NCBI GenBank assembly: GCA_041653595.1
Contig: JBAZFB010000008.1
Coordinates: 1 to 62,663 of the forward strand
DNA length: 62,663 bases
Reading direction: 5' to 3'
From: Candidatus Omnitrophota bacterium
GTDB lineage: Bacteria > Omnitrophota > Gorgyraeia > Pluralincolimonadales > Pluralincolimonadaceae
Position 1 is the first letter of the stretch. Each line of letters starts with the position of its first letter. The notes below the pieces were generated by a model, which had not been told where the DNA came from, did not search any database, and was given only the letters and a program-made list of their open reading frames with translations. Position numbers and translations under genes: made by a program. Shown piece after piece: positions 10,317 to 20,423 of the stretch.

Positions 10317-13097
10317 CTAGTAGTGGTCGGCGAGGAATTCGATAGGATGAATGACCTTCATTGAGGTGGCCTGCGATATCTGGGACTTGCACGCTCCGCA
10401 GCCTGTCAGGATATAGTCGGCTTTCGCTTCCTTTAGCTCCCTGAACAACCTTTCCCCGATGGCAAGCGAGAGATCATAATTCTCCTTTTTGAGCCCGAAC
10501 GTCCCGCCCATGCCGCAGCATGAATCCGCGATCTTCTTTATCGACACTCCCGGGACCAGTTCGACCAGGCATTGCTGCAGATCGCCGATCTCCTGGGCTT
10601 TGAGGTGGCAGGGGGCATGGAATACGACGCTCTTGCCCGATGGCTTAAAATCAGTATTCATCTCGCCCTCGTTGAACAGGATCCAGAGATATTCGTGGAT
10701 ATCGAATGTCTTCTGCGAGACGAGCAGAGCCGTGGGCGTAGAGAGTATCCTCGGATAATCCTCTTTAAGGGCGAGCCCGCAGCTCGGGCATCCTGTCACG
10801 ATATCGCAGCCCGACTTCACCGCCTCGTTAAGGTATTTTAGGTTATAGGCGATGTCTTTCCTGACGGCGTCGGTGTTGCCGGATGATATGCTCGGGATGC
10901 CGCAGCATCTCTGGCGAGGGATGACGACCTCTATATTATTCTTCTCGAATACCTTAAGCGTGGTTGCTCCTTCTGCATCTGCATTGAAAAAATTCACAAA
11001 GCAACCATAAAAATACGCGACCCTCCTCCTGCCGCTCTTCCCGCTCAATTTCCTCTTTTCGAACGTCGGTACGCTCGGCTTGGGCAGGACGCGCCTCTTG
11101 TCCAGGCCGAGGGAGGACTGCATGAGGCGCCTGCCGAACGTTGAACACATGAAAATATCGGCGAGGACCGTTAATTCGGCCGAGGCCGAACCGAGGAACC
11201 TCATATTTTCCAGGACAGACTGGGAGAACGGCACGCCCCATTCCCTTACGTATATCTCTTTAGCCAGGGCGCAAAGTTCGGAGACGTCCGCGCCGGTCGG
11301 GCATTCTACGCGGCAGGACTTGCAATTGATGCACAGGTCAAGGACGCCTTTAATGGCCTTGTCCCTTAACATCCTCTTATCCAGCTCTCCGGTAATGACG
11401 GCCTTAAGTATCGCGGCCTTGGCGCGCGGCGAAGCGAGTTCCTGCGGCAGGCTGATATTTACCGGGCATACGTTCCTGCAAAGGCCGCAGGCATGGCACT
11501 TCCCGATCTCCTCCCTTATCTTCTCCGAATCGAACACGGTCTTCGTATCGACATATTTTATGCCGGCGTCGTAGATCAGGTCGTGCGTGATAGTCGCGTC
11601 CTTGCCTATCTTCTTTCCTGGATTTAAAATGCCCTTGGGGTCGAAGATATCCTTTATCCGGACGAAGATATCGTAAAGCGGGCCGAACTGCTTCTTGAGA
11701 TACGGGACCCTCAATATGCCGTCGCCGTGTTCGGCTGTCGTCGAGCCGCCGAGCGAGATGACCATCCTGTAAAAATCGTCGGCGATCCCGTCGATCTTGG
11801 CGAGGTCCGCCTTATCCCTCATATCGAGGAGCGGGCGTATGTGCATATTGCCGTCCCCGGCATGCCCGTAGACGCATGCCTCGACGCCGTATTTTTCAAA
11901 TATCGCGTAAGCGCCCATTATAAAATCGCCCAGGTTCTCCGGCGGGACTATCGCGTCCTCGATGAACGGGACCGGGCGCTTCTTCCCTTTTATCCTGTTG
12001 GTGATCGGGACTGCCGCGCGCCGGACCCCCCAAAGGCGGTCTTGCTCGTCCGCGTCCCTGGCGACATTCATCCCCGATATGAGCTTCCTCGCTTCAAGGA
12101 GCCGGTCTTTTACGGCATCTATCTTCCCGTCGAGGGACGGCGTGCTGTTCTCTTCCATCTCGACGAGCAATACCCCCTTCGCCCCCTTCCGGAGAAGGTC
12201 CCTGAGTTTCGGTTCCGCTTCGACGGCGAGTCCGATAAAAGTCTCGTCCATGAACTCTATGGCGGATGGCGATAGGCTACGCAGTTCCGCCACTATGTCC
12301 GCTATCGACTGCAGGTCTTTCAGGAATAACAGGAGCGATGCGCGCACCCCGGCCAGGGGCGCCAATCTCAGTTTCGCCTCGGTTATGATCGCGAGAGTGC
12401 CCTCGGAACCGGCCATCAATTTCACCAGGTCTACCCAATCGCCTTTAAGGATATCGTAGACATTGTATCCGCTCGAGCTCCTCATGACCCTGGGAACGGA
12501 TCTCTTTATGGCTTCTTCGCTATTTTTAAGTAATTCCGCGAGCGGTACCGAGATATCTCTTATCTTCACGCGCGGCACAAGGCTTACCCGGTCGCCATTC
12601 GCGAGGACGGCCTCGAGTTCAAGGACCCAATCCGCGGTAGTGCCGTATTTCACCGAATGCGGCCCGCCCGAATTATCGGCGATCATCCCGCCTATCGTGC
12701 AGTAATCCCCGCTTGAAGGGTCGGGCGGGAAGAATTTCCCGTACCTGGCCAACAACTTGTTCAACTCGCCGTAGACGATTCCGGGCTGGACAGTGGCCGT
12801 GTCGCCGCCTTTATAGTCGATGGCCTTGTTCATGTATTTGGTGAAATCGATTATTATGCCGTTGCCCACCGCCTGGCCGGCGAGGCTTGTGCACGCGCCG
12901 CGGGCAGTAAGGGGAATATTGTTCCGGAAGGCATATTTGACCAGCGCGGCGACATCGTCCTTGTCCTTAGGGATGACGACGCCTTTCGGTCTGATCTTAT
13001 AGATCGAGGCGCCGAAGGAATAGATATGGCGGGTCACATCATCAAAAAGGACATCCCCTTTGATGATCTTTTTAAGCTCTTTTTCCAATAAGGTCAT
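10317..13097 (-). CDS. Fused FAD-binding oxidase (GlcD-like) and Fe-S/CCG-domain (GlcF-like) protein; putative D-lactate/2-hydroxyacid dehydrogenase
   Basis: 926 aa. N-terminal FAD PCMH-type region. Two ferredoxin motifs, CHACGLCRNVCP and CINCKSCRVECP. C-terminal cysteine-rich repeats (RCCGIPS, SCCGMGGTFG). Confidence 0.8.
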   Translation of the reverse strand: MTLLEKELKKIIKGDVLFDDVTRHIYSFGASIYKIRPKGVVIPKDKDDVAALVKYAFRNNIPLTARGACTSLAGQAVGNGIIIDFTKYMNKAIDYKGGDTATVQPGIVYGELNKLLARYGKFFPPDPSSGDYCTIGGMIADNSGGPHSVKYGTTADWVLELEAVLANGDRVSLVPRVKIRDISVPLAELLKNSEEAIKRSVPRVMRSSSGYNVYDILKGDWVDLVKLMAGSEGTLAIITEAKLRLAPLAGVRASLLLFLKDLQSIADIVAELRSLSPSAIEFMDETFIGLAVEAEPKLRDLLRKGAKGVLLVEMEENSTPSLDGKIDAVKDRLLEARKLISGMNVARDADEQDRLWGVRRAAVPITNRIKGKKRPVPFIEDAIVPPENLGDFIMGAYAIFEKYGVEACVYGHAGDGNMHIRPLLDMRDKADLAKIDGIADDFYRMVISLGGSTTAEHGDGILRVPYLKKQFGPLYDIFVRIKDIFDPKGILNPGKKIGKDATITHDLIYDAGIKYVDTKTVFDSEKIREEIGKCHACGLCRNVCPVNISLPQELASPRAKAAILKAVITGELDKRMLRDKAIKGVLDLCINCKSCRVECPTGADVSELCALAKEIYVREWGVPFSQSVLENMRFLGSASAELTVLADIFMCSTFGRRLMQSSLGLDKRRVLPKPSVPTFEKRKLSGKSGRRRVAYFYGCFVNFFNADAEGATTLKVFEKNNIEVVIPRQRCCGIPSISSGNTDAVRKDIAYNLKYLNEAVKSGCDIVTGCPSCGLALKEDYPRILSTPTALLVSQKTFDIHEYLWILFNEGEMNTDFKPSGKSVVFHAPCHLKAQEIGDLQQCLVELVPGVSIKKIADSCCGMGGTFGLKKENYDLSLAIGERLFRELKEAKADYILTGCGACKSQISQATSMKVIHPIEFLADHY

Positions 13098-14380
13098 CGC
13101 GATACTGGCAGGGTTACGAGCGCGTGCGGGACGACATAGACCTTCGCGTCCTTTCCGCGGGTGGCAAAAGCGTATTCCAGCGCCTCATCCATATCTTTAA
13201 AAGACAACATCTTCATCTTCTTTGCCATATCGGGGAATTTTGTCCCGACGAACGCGCAATCGGCAAAAAGAAGGGACTTTGCCACGGCATACGCCCTCTG
13301 TTCTCCGGCAAGACAAGTCTTGTTCTTCATCTTCTTTACGATCTCGGCGGGGCTCTTCGCCTTTATCATAGCGTCATAGAACCTGCGTTCGCCCAGCCCT
13401 TTACCTATGCCGTCTTCGCATCGCGCGGAGATGAGTATAAGCCCGCCCTTTTTGACGATGGGTTTCTGCGTGTTGGTCAGGTAGGTCAGGGCGCGTGACG
13501 CCTGGTAGAGGTTGACGTCTTTGGGCCAGCCCACTCCGCAGATGATTATGTCGGCCGGTTCATCCACCTTCACCCTGTAATGGAGCATCGCGTGTTCTAT
13601 TCCCCTGTAAAAAGCCAGTTGCGGTTCGCCCGCGGTCGCGAATATCGTGCGCCCCAGGTCGTCATTCACGACGTTTATTATGAATTTCAGTTTAGCTATG
13701 CAGGCGAATTCCATGATCCAGCGGTGGAAGGGGTTATCCTTGATGACTCCGGGTTTCGCGCCCGGTTTATCGATGAATTTCGGAGAATGGGTGAACCTTA
13801 TCGTCTCTTCGCCGGCCATGCCTATGCTCAGCGTCTCCGGCCCGCCCGAGAAACCTGCGTGCAGGTGCGGCTCGATGACGCCGATAGAGATGACATGGTC
13901 GTTATATAGCATATGTTTATTGACTATTACCGGGACGCCGTTGGCGACATATCCGAGATTGGTCAGGTTTGAGCTGTCCGAGGGGTCGTGGATCTTTATT
14001 TTTATCCGCTTGACGATCTTTTTCCCGAAAGCTTCTTCGATCTCCGGCCTTGTCGGGGGTGTGAGCATCCCGACCGCCATGAAGATCGTCACATCCTTAT
14101 CCCTTATCCCGCCCTTTTTTAACTCATCCAGCAATATGGGGATTATAAGCTTACGGGGACATACCCTTGCGAGGTCCGGCACGACTATGGCGATCGTCTC
14201 TTTGGGCGAGACCAGGTCCCTGAGCCGGCAGCAACCCATGGGGTGGAGTATCGCTTCTTTTATTATGCGGGATTCGGGTTTCCTGCTGTGCGACCTATTG
14301 GGATGGAGGATACCCAGAAGGTTCTTCTCGTGGATGGAAACACCGACCTGCTTTTTTCCGTAAGGTATATTTATCTTCAT
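13094..14380 (-). CDS. larA: LarA-family (nickel-pincer dependent) lactate/2-hydroxyacid racemase-like protein
   Basis: 428 aa with LarA/DUF2088-type layout and ..EPHLHAGFSGGPE... There is a 4-nt overlap with the downstream oxidase gene. Confidence 0.7.
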   Translation of the reverse strand: MKINIPYGKKQVGVSIHEKNLLGILHPNRSHSRKPESRIIKEAILHPMGCCRLRDLVSPKETIAIVVPDLARVCPRKLIIPILLDELKKGGIRDKDVTIFMAVGMLTPPTRPEIEEAFGKKIVKRIKIKIHDPSDSSNLTNLGYVANGVPVIVNKHMLYNDHVISIGVIEPHLHAGFSGGPETLSIGMAGEETIRFTHSPKFIDKPGAKPGVIKDNPFHRWIMEFACIAKLKFIINVVNDDLGRTIFATAGEPQLAFYRGIEHAMLHYRVKVDEPADIIICGVGWPKDVNLYQASRALTYLTNTQKPIVKKGGLILISARCEDGIGKGLGERRFYDAMIKAKSPAEIVKKMKNKTCLAGEQRAYAVAKSLLFADCAFVGTKFPDMAKKMKMLSFKDMDEALEYAFATRGKDAKVYVVPHALVTLPVSR

Positions 14381-14432
14381 CGGAGACCGTCTTAACGGCT
14401 ATTTTACTACTAAAAAACGGGTTTGTCGACCC

Positions 14433-17006
14433 TTATCGGGAGAACATAAGGATATCCTGGGAAACGATGTCGGCGACAAGGCGCGTCTGTCTGTTGGCAG
14501 GCTCGCAGACCTTTATGACGTCCTCATACTTGCCGTATGACGGCGCCAGTTTCCTGAGCAGGTTCCGGCAGGAATCGATCATCTCGCGGTTGAAGAGGGT
14601 CTGCCCGCTCTCGGGGAAGAGCGCGACATAGAATATGCTCGTCTCCACCAGGTCCTGGAAGAAGTGCGTGCCGAATGAGAGCTCGGGGGCGCAATTGGCC
14701 CCGGCAAACGCAAGTTCGCCCAGGACGGCCATATTATTTATCTCGGAAAAAGAGACCGGGACGCCGAGCGAGGGCGTAGTCGTGCCCCATCTGCCCGGCC
14801 CCATGAGGAAACACGGCAACGCTTCCCTGTCAGTGATGAGTTTATTGAGCTCCCCTACCGCACGGGCGATATCGTACTTTGAAGAGAGCGGCAGCGCGCT
14901 GTACTTTTGGGGATCGATAAATATCAGCCTCTTTATGGGCTGGGATATATTCCCTCCCAGGAAAGAACCTTTTGAGCGGAAGACGATGTCTTCCTTCTTG
15001 ATATTCTCCGGGAACTCCACTTTTTTACCGAGGCCCTTCGTCTGCAGGGGACGGCATTGCAGGAGGTTTATCTGGAATGTCCCGTCTTTCTTGAAATTCA
15101 CGGTGAACTCGATATCGAGCGGGTATCCGTAACGTTTTTCGAGGAGCTTAAGCATCTTTTGCATCGTCTCGCCGAATGACGTCCCGGAGAAAAGTTTGTC
15201 GAAAGTCAGTATCCAGCGCTCTTCGGCGGCTTTTCCCGCCTCTTCCGCGAGGCGGTCCGCCTCGTAATCTCTGGCACCGGTATATTCAAGGTTGATCTCT
15301 ACCTTATCGGCCAATAGCTTCCTAAGCGGCACGGCCTCGAGCCTGTTCTCTTTGATGTTCAGCACATCGAGGTCGTGCTGGGAGAACCTCTGCATATCTT
15401 TTGCGCCGGCCAACGGTTTGACCAGGGGCATATCGAGCGCCACTATCCTGGGATAATCCCCTTCCACGCGGTTGACGGCTCGCGTCCCCAGGCCCGCCAC
15501 TATCCTTAGCATCCCTGCCTTTGGGTCCATGTCCTTGTTCCAGACGAACGTATTATACGATATCCCCACGCCCGCGATATCCGGGAAGAAATAATCCGAA
15601 TGATAAGCGCCGGACACCCTCTGGACCAGCAGGGCCATCTGTTCATCGGCCTGGTCGAGGCCGCGCTGCAGGCGGTATGCCAGCGCGTCTTTGTTCATGG
15701 CGCTCGCGTATATGCGCCTCACCGCCTCCGTGAACTTATTGTACCTCTCCTCCGGCGAACCCTGGTTCACGAGGAATATGCTCTCGTATTTTCCTGCGAA
15801 GGCGTTGCCGAAACTGTCTTCCAGCAAACTGCTGGAACGCACGATTATGGGCGACTGCCCGAAATATTCTACCATCTGCCGGAACTGCTCTTTTATCTCT
15901 TCCGGAAAGACCCCTCCCAGCATCTTTTCGCGGAGCGCCTCGGCTACGGAAAAATATCCCTCCTTCGTCTTCTGCTCCATCCTGAGCTTCCACCATCCGT
16001 TCTCGACTATATAAGTGTAGAAGACGTCCGAACCAACATAGAAAGAATCATGCGGCTCGAAATATTTCTCCATGCCCAGGGAACGCTCCTTGAGGAGCAT
16101 ATTCCTCGCGAGAAGCATGCCGACGGCCTTGCCGCCGATGAAACCCGTGCCTATCATCTTTGATTTGATGCCGAGCAGGTCCTCGAGGGAATAATACTCC
16201 TCGACCAGCGAAAGGAGTTTCTCCTCGCGCGCTATCATTATCCTGCAGAGCTGCTTTATCATCTCATTCTTCTCGTCCTGCGAGCCCGCCTTTGAGGCGA
16301 GGTCCTCCACCTTCATGAAGAGGCGGTCCCAGTAATCGAGTATCCTGCGGGTGTTCTTTGCGCCTTTCTTGAGGATATTCGAGAAGAGGCGCGCGGTATC
16401 GACGCTGTTCGCTATCGGCACGAAACGGTCCTTGCTCATGAGGTGCGGCAGGAACATCGTCGGCGAATACCTGTTCCAGACCTTGAGCGGATGGACATAA
16501 TACCTGCCCTCGTATTCGTAGACGTCTATGAGGAGCTGCGTTATCTCGCGGATGCGGGCGACGGTCTTGAAGGAATGCCTGTTGCGCAGTATCGAAAAGT
16601 AGGCTATGGTATTGAGCTCGTAGAGATACGGGCACGTTATCTTGAAAAAATTCCCTATCATGAGGTCGTTCGCCCACGCCGAGAGCAGGTCGGAGAGGCA
16701 ATCGAATACGTAATAGACGCCTTCGCCGCGCTCCTTTATGATGCTGTTAAGTTGGGTGGAGAACGACTCGAATCCTTCGTGGGCGTTAAGCTTGTATATT
16801 TTTACGCCCTTGGCCGCCTCGAGCAGGGGCTTATGGTCCGCGAACCTTATATAGACGACTTCCTTCTTCTCTTCGAGGGCCTTCTTGACGAACGGGCCGA
16901 GGAAATCCTGGTAATTCCTGATATCGTCGATCTGCCAGACTACGTTATCGCCGATCCTTAATCCGGTTATTACCTTATCGAGGCCTTTAAAGCCGGTGCT
17001 GACCAT
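14433..17006 (-). CDS. PEP/pyruvate-binding (PPDK N-terminal ATP-grasp) domain protein with a degenerate KaiC/RecA-like N-terminus
   Basis: 857 aa. The N-terminus GFKGLDKVITGLRIGDNVVWQ resembles KaiC/RadA-type domains but lacks a P-loop. The middle ..IGGKAVGMLLARN.. through ..DIEFTV..LLQCRPL resembles the nucleotide-binding domain of pyruvate phosphate/water dikinases. I saw no phospho-His swivel motif. Confidence 0.6.
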   Translation of the reverse strand: MVSTGFKGLDKVITGLRIGDNVVWQIDDIRNYQDFLGPFVKKALEEKKEVVYIRFADHKPLLEAAKGVKIYKLNAHEGFESFSTQLNSIIKERGEGVYYVFDCLSDLLSAWANDLMIGNFFKITCPYLYELNTIAYFSILRNRHSFKTVARIREITQLLIDVYEYEGRYYVHPLKVWNRYSPTMFLPHLMSKDRFVPIANSVDTARLFSNILKKGAKNTRRILDYWDRLFMKVEDLASKAGSQDEKNEMIKQLCRIMIAREEKLLSLVEEYYSLEDLLGIKSKMIGTGFIGGKAVGMLLARNMLLKERSLGMEKYFEPHDSFYVGSDVFYTYIVENGWWKLRMEQKTKEGYFSVAEALREKMLGGVFPEEIKEQFRQMVEYFGQSPIIVRSSSLLEDSFGNAFAGKYESIFLVNQGSPEERYNKFTEAVRRIYASAMNKDALAYRLQRGLDQADEQMALLVQRVSGAYHSDYFFPDIAGVGISYNTFVWNKDMDPKAGMLRIVAGLGTRAVNRVEGDYPRIVALDMPLVKPLAGAKDMQRFSQHDLDVLNIKENRLEAVPLRKLLADKVEINLEYTGARDYEADRLAEEAGKAAEERWILTFDKLFSGTSFGETMQKMLKLLEKRYGYPLDIEFTVNFKKDGTFQINLLQCRPLQTKGLGKKVEFPENIKKEDIVFRSKGSFLGGNISQPIKRLIFIDPQKYSALPLSSKYDIARAVGELNKLITDREALPCFLMGPGRWGTTTPSLGVPVSFSEINNMAVLGELAFAGANCAPELSFGTHFFQDLVETSIFYVALFPESGQTLFNREMIDSCRNLLRKLAPSYGKYEDVIKVCEPANRQTRLVADIVSQDILMFSR

Positions 17007-17074
17007 GTACTCTCCTAAAAAAACAAGGGCGCCCTTTAGGGACGCCCTTGTCCGGCCTATCTACTCTACAGCGG

Positions 17075-18415
17075 TTAAACCAAGCCCTGGTCTATCATAG
17101 CGTCGGCTACTTTCACGAAACCGGCTATGTTAGCGCCCTTGACATAGTTTATGTAACTGCCTTCCTTGCCGTACCTGACGCACTGTTCATGTATGGCGAT
17201 CATTATATCGTGCAGTTTGTTGTCGACCTCTTCGCGCGACCATGACAGCCTCATGCTGTTCTGGGACATCTCGAGTCCGGATGTGGCGACGCCGCCGGCG
17301 TTCGAGGCCTTTCCGGGCGCGTAGAGGATCTTCGCCTTCTGGAATACCTTGATGCCCTCAGGCGTAGTCGGCATATTGGCGCCTTCGCCTATGGCGATGC
17401 ACCCGTTCTTGACCAGCATCTTCGCGTCTTCGCCGGATATCTCGTTCTGTGTGGCGCTCGGGAAAGCGACATCGCACTTGATGCCCCACGGGCGCTGGTT
17501 ATCGAAATATTTGCACTTGAACTCTTTCGCGCATTCCTTGATCCTGCCGCGGCGTACGTTCTTAAGGTCGAGGACGCAGCTCAATTCCTTCTTGTCGATG
17601 CCGCCTTCGTCGTATATGAAGCCGTTCGAGTCCGAAAGCGTGACCACTTTCGCCCCGAGATCGATGAGCTTCTCGACGGTATACTGGGCGACATTACCGG
17701 CGCCGGATACCGCGCAGGTCTTGCCCTTGAGGCTCTGGCCCTTCGTCTTCATCATCTCTTCGACAAAATATACGCAGCCGTAACCGGTCGCTTCCGGCCT
17801 TACGAGGCTTCCGCCCCATCTCAGGCCCTTGCCTGTCAATACGCCGGTGAACTCGTTGCGCAATCTCTTGTACTGGCCGAACAAGAACCCTATCTCGCGG
17901 CCGCCTACCCCTATGTCGCCGGCCGGCACGTCCGTGTCCGGGCCGATATGCATCTGGAGTTCTGTCATGAAACTCTGGCAGAACCTCATCACCTCGGCGT
18001 CAGACTTTCCCTTAGGGTCGAAATCCGAGCCGCCTTTTCCGCCGCCCATGGGAAGCGTCGTAAGCGCGTTCTTGAATACCTGTTCGAAAGCGAGGAATTT
18101 CAGTATGCTCAGGTTTACGCTGGGATGGAAACGAAGGCCGCCTTTATACGGGCCTATCGCGCTGTTCATCTGTATACGGAAACCGCGGTTTATCTGGATG
18201 TTGCCCTTGTCGTCTGTCCAGGGGACCCTGAACATAAAGACCCGCTCCGGCTCGACCATCCTCTCAAGTATCTTCTCTTCCTGGTACCTGGGATTGTCGC
18301 CGATATAATCCCACACAGATTCCGCGACTTCCTGCACCGCCTGGTAGAATTCGGGCTGCGCAGGATCCCTCTCCATGACTTTCGACATGAAATCTTCGAT
18401 CTTCTTTGCTGCCAT
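17075..18415 (-). CDS. gdhA: NADP-specific glutamate dehydrogenase
   Basis: ..PMGGGKGGSDFDPKGKSD.. and ..GAGNVAQY... The start is set at MAAKKIEDF, which has GGAGCC upstream; the ORF extends to 18454. Confidence 0.9.
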   Translation of the reverse strand: MAAKKIEDFMSKVMERDPAQPEFYQAVQEVAESVWDYIGDNPRYQEEKILERMVEPERVFMFRVPWTDDKGNIQINRGFRIQMNSAIGPYKGGLRFHPSVNLSILKFLAFEQVFKNALTTLPMGGGKGGSDFDPKGKSDAEVMRFCQSFMTELQMHIGPDTDVPAGDIGVGGREIGFLFGQYKRLRNEFTGVLTGKGLRWGGSLVRPEATGYGCVYFVEEMMKTKGQSLKGKTCAVSGAGNVAQYTVEKLIDLGAKVVTLSDSNGFIYDEGGIDKKELSCVLDLKNVRRGRIKECAKEFKCKYFDNQRPWGIKCDVAFPSATQNEISGEDAKMLVKNGCIAIGEGANMPTTPEGIKVFQKAKILYAPGKASNAGGVATSGLEMSQNSMRLSWSREEVDNKLHDIMIAIHEQCVRYGKEGSYINYVKGANIAGFVKVADAMIDQGLV

Positions 18416-18554
18416 TTGGCTGGCTCCTTTTTTTAGAAAATAAATGCGCCCCAACGCATAAAAGAATGTGGCTGAAGACGTCTTTGTCTCTAGGTTTGCT
18501 TCGCTGCTCTGTTGCAGAAAACTTCCGATACGGCTTTGTATCGCAGGTGCAATC

Positions 18555-18584
18555 AGGATAGCAGAATACCGGCTGTATTGTCAA
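18555..18584 (-). promoter_or_regulatory. Candidate sigma70-type promoter for gdhA
   Basis: On the minus strand: TTGACA, 18 nt, TATCCT. It lies about 140 nt upstream of the gdhA start. Confidence 0.35.
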
Positions 18585-18604
18585 GGAAGTTATCCGGCTC
18601 GGCG

Positions 18605-19453
18605 CTAAATATTCCCGAGATAGACGTTCCTTAATTTCTTTTTCGCTATCTTATAAGCCTTCTCGAGTGTCTCCTTCGAGGTGATGGGCCGGTCGAGCTT
18701 GTAGCACGGGAAATACCTCGAAAAATGCAGCGGCACATCCGCGCCGACATTATCATATATCCAATCCGTGAGACGGTTGAAATTCTCTTCGGAATCGTTC
18801 AGCCCGGGTATGACCAGGTTGGTCAGTTCCACATGGCACGCCTCGGCCGACCTCTTTATCGTGTGCAGGACGGGCCCGAGGCTGCCCTTGCAGTATTTCC
18901 TGTAGAATTCGTCGTCGATGGACTTGAGGTCTATGTTCATCGCGCCGATGAACGGGAGCATCTCCTCCAGCGGTCCCGGATTTACAAAACCATTCGTTAC
19001 CAGGACGTTCTCGAGGCCTTCTTTTTTCGCGAGTTTCGCGGTCTCGAGGACGAACTCGTACCATATGAACGGCTCGTTATAGGTATAGGCGATGCCGAAC
19101 GATTTGCATTCCCTGGCCTTATCTATCACCCATTGCGAAGTTATATTCCGGGTCGGCGCATCGAGGTCCTGCGATATCGCCCAATTCTGGCAGAACGGGC
19201 ATTTGAAGTTGCAGCCTTTGGTCCCGAGCGAGAATATGAATTCGCCGGGATGGTAATGGTAGAGGGGCTTCTTCTCGATGGGATCAAGCGACGCTGAAGT
19301 CGTTTCGCCGTAGACGAGAGTATAGAGCTTACCGTCGATATTCTGCCGTACGCCGCAGACCCCGGTGATGCCGTTTACGATCTTGCAATCGTGGGGGCAA
19401 AGCAGGCAGTGGACCGAGCCATCCGTCTTTTCCCAGTAAAGCGCTTCTTTCAA
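18605..19453 (-). CDS. amrS: AmmeMemoRadiSam-system radical SAM enzyme
   Basis: 282 aa. N-terminal Cys-rich ..[16 protein letters not shown].., then [11 protein letters not shown] (CX3CX2C). Confidence 0.8.
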   Translation of the reverse strand: MKEALYWEKTDGSVHCLLCPHDCKIVNGITGVCGVRQNIDGKLYTLVYGETTSASLDPIEKKPLYHYHPGEFIFSLGTKGCNFKCPFCQNWAISQDLDAPTRNITSQWVIDKARECKSFGIAYTYNEPFIWYEFVLETAKLAKKEGLENVLVTNGFVNPGPLEEMLPFIGAMNIDLKSIDDEFYRKYCKGSLGPVLHTIKRSAEACHVELTNLVIPGLNDSEENFNRLTDWIYDNVGADVPLHFSRYFPCYKLDRPITSKETLEKAYKIAKKKLRNVYLGNI

Positions 19454-19932
19454 TACCTGTTCTTCTCGTCGGGCTTCTGCCCTTCCTTGAGCAAGCCTGA
19501 GAGCTCCTTCATGAACTGGTTTATATCCTTGAACTGGCGGTAGACCGAAGCGAACCTGACGTAGGCGACCTCGTCGAGGTCGTGGAGTTGTTTCATGACG
19601 AATTCACCTATCGCCGTAGAGGAGACTTCCTTTTCGTAGTTGCGCTGGATGATCCTCTCGACTTCGTCTACCATCCCCTCGGCCTTATCCATGGGGACGG
19701 GGCGTTTCTCGCAGGCCTTGAGTATCCCTGAGAGGAGCTTCTTGCGGTCGAACGGTTCGCGCCTCCCGTCCTTCTTTATCACCATCATGGGATGCTCTTC
19801 GAGCCGCTCATATGTCGTGAACCTCTTCTGGCATTTGAGGCACTCGCGCCTGCGCCTGATAGAGTCGCCTTCGGCCGAGATGCGGGAATCTATCACTTTA
19901 TCTTCTATGTTACCGCAAAATGGGCATTTCAT
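19450..19932 (-). CDS. nrdR: Transcriptional repressor NrdR
   Basis: [22 protein letters not shown] zinc ribbon followed by an ATP-cone. 160 aa. Confidence 0.92.
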   Translation of the reverse strand: MKCPFCGNIEDKVIDSRISAEGDSIRRRRECLKCQKRFTTYERLEEHPMMVIKKDGRREPFDRKKLLSGILKACEKRPVPMDKAEGMVDEVERIIQRNYEKEVSSTAIGEFVMKQLHDLDEVAYVRFASVYRQFKDINQFMKELSGLLKEGQKPDEKNRY

Positions 19933-20423
19933 CTTTTCTTACCCGACTTGGCCATCCTTATCTCCACGCCTGCCTCTTCAAAAAATTTCTTCGCCATCTC
20001 GTCCGGATATCCCGATTCCATTATTATCTCTTTTATGCCGGCGTTTATCAGCATCTTCGCGCAGATAGAGCACGGCTGGTTCGTGCAATAGAGAGTCCCG
20101 CCGTGTATATCGACCCCGTGGAGCGCCGCCTGGATTATGGCGTTCTGTTCCGCATGCAGGCCGCGGCAGAGCTCATGCCTCTCGCCCGACGGGACCTTGA
20201 GCTTGTCCCTGAGGCAGCCCGTAACCTCGCAGTGCGTAATGCCGCTCGGCGTCCCGTTATAGCCGGTGGTAAGTATCCTTTTATTCTTAACGATCAAGGC
20301 GCCGACCGCGCGCCTCAGGCATGTGGAACGCTCCGAGATGAGCTTCGCTATGCCGATGAAATATTCGTCCCAGTCCGGCCGTCTCTTTCTTATTGTATTT
20401 TTTTTAGCCATATTAAGCCTCAT
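19929..20423 (-). CDS. Deoxycytidylate (dCMP) deaminase / ComEB family
   Basis: ..HAEQNAI.. and ..[14 protein letters not shown].. zinc-binding motifs. 164 aa. Confidence 0.88.
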   Translation of the reverse strand: MRLNMAKKNTIRKRRPDWDEYFIGIAKLISERSTCLRRAVGALIVKNKRILTTGYNGTPSGITHCEVTGCLRDKLKVPSGERHELCRGLHAEQNAIIQAALHGVDIHGGTLYCTNQPCSICAKMLINAGIKEIIMESGYPDEMAKKFFEEAGVEIRMAKSGKKR

